64,000 bases of DNA, from contig JZWU02000001.1 of NCBI GenBank assembly GCA_000960865.2, positions 39,160-103,159 on the forward strand, read 5' to 3'. Below are positions 61,328-64,000 of the stretch, in pieces. A model generated the notes under the pieces. That model searched no databases. It had not been told where the DNA came from and saw nothing but the letters and a program-made list of their open reading frames with translations. This DNA is from Vulcanisaeta sp. AZ3 (GTDB lineage Archaea; Thermoproteota; Thermoprotei; Thermoproteales; Thermocladiaceae). A program made the translations under genes and the position numbers. Position 1 is the stretch's first letter. Every line of letters starts with the position of its first letter.

Positions 61328-61595
61328 CAACACAAAACCAACACACGAGACATAAAAATTAATGCTCTTAAGATAAAGATTTTACCTCATCAAATACGTT
61401 GTATTGACGTAACTATGACAGCCTCAATATCCAGCTTCCATAATTCACGGCACACTTGATTTAAAGCAATAGGTCCGCCTGTACATCCATGTGTTGGCGC
61501 GATCTATCGTCTCGCCCACGTAGTCGTACCTACCGTAGACGAAAACGACAACGCTGGCCATAATGACAAGGTAGGCCAAGACAGAAATAAATGAA

Positions 61596-63398
61596 TCACG
61601 GCTTTTGTACTAACCAGCCCTGGAGATACATCGCCTTGAATCCGCCTAAGGCGAAACTCCTTATGGCGTCAGCCGGCGTCTCCACAAGGGGCTCCCCAGC
61701 CAAGTTGAAACTCGTGTTCAGTATTATACCCTCGCCAGTCTCGTCCCTAAACGCCTTGATTAACTCGTACCATGTCTTGTTCTGATCCCTCGCCACGGTC
61801 TGCGGCCTCGCCGTCTGGTCCACGTGGCAGACAGCCGGCACTACATCACACATACCCTCTTTGTATCTAAACATGAGTATCATGAACTCGTGCGGCACGG
61901 GATCGACGAAGTACTTCGCCACGTCCTCCACGAGGAGCGATGGGGCGAGGGGCCTCCACCACTCGCGGCCCTTGATCGTGTTCACTATGCCCCACATCTC
62001 CCTCCTCCTAGGGTCGGCGACTATCGAGCGGTTGCCAAGAGCCCTAGGGCCAAGCTCAGCCCTCCCCTGGTACCAAGCGACGACGTGGCCCTTGAGTACT
62101 AAGTCCACGACCTCGTTGACGTCCTCGCCGACGTATCTGGCGCTCCACCTACCGCGTTCAACCACCTTCTTCACTTCTTCATCGTTGTACTCAGGGCCGA
62201 GGTACACGTTCCCAAGCCTGACGCTCTTCATCTTCCCTCCCAAGACATGCTCGTAGACCCAAGCCGCGGCGCCCACTGTCGTTCCAGAATCATTCGCAGC
62301 CGGGAATATGAATATGTCGTTGAACACCTTGGCGTAGTGGATGGCCATGTTGGCCTTGGCGTTCAAGGCAACGCCGCCGGCGAGGGCGAGCTTGTCCTCG
62401 CCGGTGTGTTCCCTAGCCCACTTGGCGAGGTGGAGCATCGCCTCCTCGGTCACTGCCTGAACAGCCCAGGCGAGGTCAACCGCGTCGGGGTGGAGGTCGC
62501 CGCGGGGATCCCAAGGAACGCGATGATCGGGATAAACAGAATCAGCGATAAAAAGATAAGGAGCATACATATCGCTAGGCTTCCACTTGCCAGGAACAAC
62601 AAACCTAAACGGATAATCACCACCGTCAAACCTTATGAAGGACTTAAGCCTCTCGTAGTACTTGCTAGCCTTGCCGTACGGCGCCAGGCCCATTACCTTG
62701 CCAGGACCCTCCAGCACATCATATCCAATCTTCTCACTAGCCACATCATAGAGAAACCCAAGTGAGCCATAGACCGTGGGTACTTCCGCGATCTCCTCGA
62801 ACTCTCCATCCTTAACCCTCCATACGGCTGTGGCGACGCGCTCGCCACTGCCATCCACAGTTACGACAGCCGCACTATTGAAGCCGCTGAAGTAATAAGC
62901 CGAAGCCGCATGAGCAAGATGATGAGTAACAGGGACAATCCGAACACCCGAATCTGAGAATGAGGGATCGACGCTGTGGGCGACGAAGCGAATGAAGCGG
63001 CGCGCGAGGTCCACGTAATCGCCGCGCAGATACAGAGAGGCGAGCCTCAGAGCGCCAAGACCCTTACCTAATAAACCTCCGCCGAAAAGCCCAAGCGCAA
63101 TATTCCTCCTAACTAGTATCTCAAAGTTCGAGATAGTGATCTCACGCTTAGCACCGTTAGAAAATAATTTTGGGTTGAAGCTCACCGCATAAGCATCCAC
63201 CTCACCTGGCTTTATCCCGTGCTTATCTCTGAGGAACTTAAAGGCCTGCCTTAGGGCGTTCACTGGCGGCTCTCCTATCGAGTGCTTGTGCCTCGTCCAC
63301 CTCTCCTCCTCGGTTGCGAAGACGAGCTCGCCATCAATAATAACCGCGACAGCATGATCGTGCTCAACGGGCCAGTTGAAGCCAATGACTACGGTCAT
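61596..63398 (-). CDS. NodU/CmcH family O-carbamoyltransferase
   Basis: EEER..R.KH, HHLAHA.SAY, GKVMGLAPYG, GGVALN, ELGPRALGNRS and LNTSFN..GEP motifs. Confidence 0.93.
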   Translation of the reverse strand: MTVVIGFNWPVEHDHAVAVIIDGELVFATEEERWTRHKHSIGEPPVNALRQAFKFLRDKHGIKPGEVDAYAVSFNPKLFSNGAKREITISNFEILVRRNIALGLFGGGLLGKGLGALRLASLYLRGDYVDLARRFIRFVAHSVDPSFSDSGVRIVPVTHHLAHAASAYYFSGFNSAAVVTVDGSGERVATAVWRVKDGEFEEIAEVPTVYGSLGFLYDVASEKIGYDVLEGPGKVMGLAPYGKASKYYERLKSFIRFDGGDYPFRFVVPGKWKPSDMYAPYLFIADSVYPDHRVPWDPRGDLHPDAVDLAWAVQAVTEEAMLHLAKWAREHTGEDKLALAGGVALNAKANMAIHYAKVFNDIFIFPAANDSGTTVGAAAWVYEHVLGGKMKSVRLGNVYLGPEYNDEEVKKVVERGRWSARYVGEDVNEVVDLVLKGHVVAWYQGRAELGPRALGNRSIVADPRRREMWGIVNTIKGREWWRPLAPSLLVEDVAKYFVDPVPHEFMILMFRYKEGMCDVVPAVCHVDQTARPQTVARDQNKTWYELIKAFRDETGEGIILNTSFNLAGEPLVETPADAIRSFALGGFKAMYLQGWLVQKP

Positions 63399-63512
63399 TA
63401 TGAGATTTGAGTAATAGGTTTTAAATATTGCGATGCGTGAAGTGCTATAGCTTAACCGTTATCCCCAGCATAGTTAGGGGATACGCTTTTAAGTCAGGGA
63501 TTGTTGGCGCGT

Positions 63513-64000
63513 GTGGCCAAGGCGTCGCTGATTTGGCTCAACTACAATAGCTCGAAGTTCATAGACCTAGCCCTCAGGTCTATTGAGTCCGTCCTCAACC
63601 TCGACTTCGACGACTATGAGCTCGTAGTGGTCGACAACGCCTCGACCGACGGCAGCTTCGAGGCGATTAAAAAGTTCGTCGAGGAGAAGAAGCCGTCGGG
63701 CGTTAGGGTAAAGTTCGTCCGCAGCGACACGAATAGGGGCTACGCCGGCGGGATGAATCTGGGCTGGGAGGCTAGGGACCCAGACGCCAAATGGGTAGCC
63801 TTCCTAAACAACGACCTAATAGCGACTCCCGAATCGCTGAGGGGGATAATCGAATATATGGAGAGCGACGAGAAGATAGTCGCCGCAAACGGACTAATAT
63901 ACCTCCACGACGGGAAGACCATATACTCGGCGGGAGGCTTCGGGAGTGAGGACTGGATTTTCGGAGGAATATGCTGGCCTTCGATCGAAGACCAATGTCC
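63513..64000 (+). CDS. Glycosyltransferase family 2 (runs off window end; absent from ORF track)
   Basis: MAKASLIWLNYN...VVVDNASTDGS...NRGYAGG.N...FLNND. Confidence 0.88.
   Translation, partial: MAKASLIWLNYNSSKFIDLALRSIESVLNLDFDDYELVVVDNASTDGSFEAIKKFVEEKKPSGVRVKFVRSDTNRGYAGGMNLGWEARDPDAKWVAFLNNDLIATPESLRGIIEYMESDEKIVAANGLIYLHDGKTIYSAGGFGSEDWIFGGICWPSIEDQC

Noticed and set aside
52005-61459. Long + strand ORFs rich in N/T/P/K/Q (e.g. 52005..52568, 58476..59174, 59323..60087, 60395..61459)
   Set aside because: Antisense shadows of real minus-strand genes; stop codons are rare because the + strand is T/G-poor.
61444-61592. Hydrophobic minus-strand fragment FISVLAYLVIMASVVVFVYG... after the carbamoyltransferase
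   Set aside because: No clear start or family motif; may be a truncated island gene but cannot be supported.

Overview
Archaeal chromosomal segment, most likely Thermoproteales (Vulcanisaeta-like): leaderless genes with TATA boxes, intron-containing tRNA, and archaeal protein families. It is mostly housekeeping genes: nuoM/nuoL, LutB, RNase HI, threonine dehydratase-RidA, MoeA, NurA, cobalamin/tetrapyrrole genes, ProRS, Sir2, GH57, SpeD, PHI, NOG1, MetB, ProC. RNA genes are tRNA-Val(GAC) with two introns, tRNA-Thr(GGT), and six C/D-box guide sRNAs read directly from intergenic DNA. Accessory elements are a HEPN-MNT pair beside a solo Cas4-like nuclease, a decayed TnpB (IS200/IS605) 3' fragment wedged between two convergent C/D sRNAs, an AT-rich MFS plus frameshifted amidohydrolase cassette, a coiled-coil PD-(D/E)XK gene with 42-bp repeats, and a GC-rich carbamoyltransferase/GT2 island at the right edge. 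The most interesting signals are the TnpB relic fused to an sRNA D box, a 7-codon uORF coupled to speD, an apparent ATT start for proS, and a strong strand skew (+ strand A/C-rich) that intensifies rightwards. No CRISPR array was seen. All calls come from motif reading and recall; no database searches were run.
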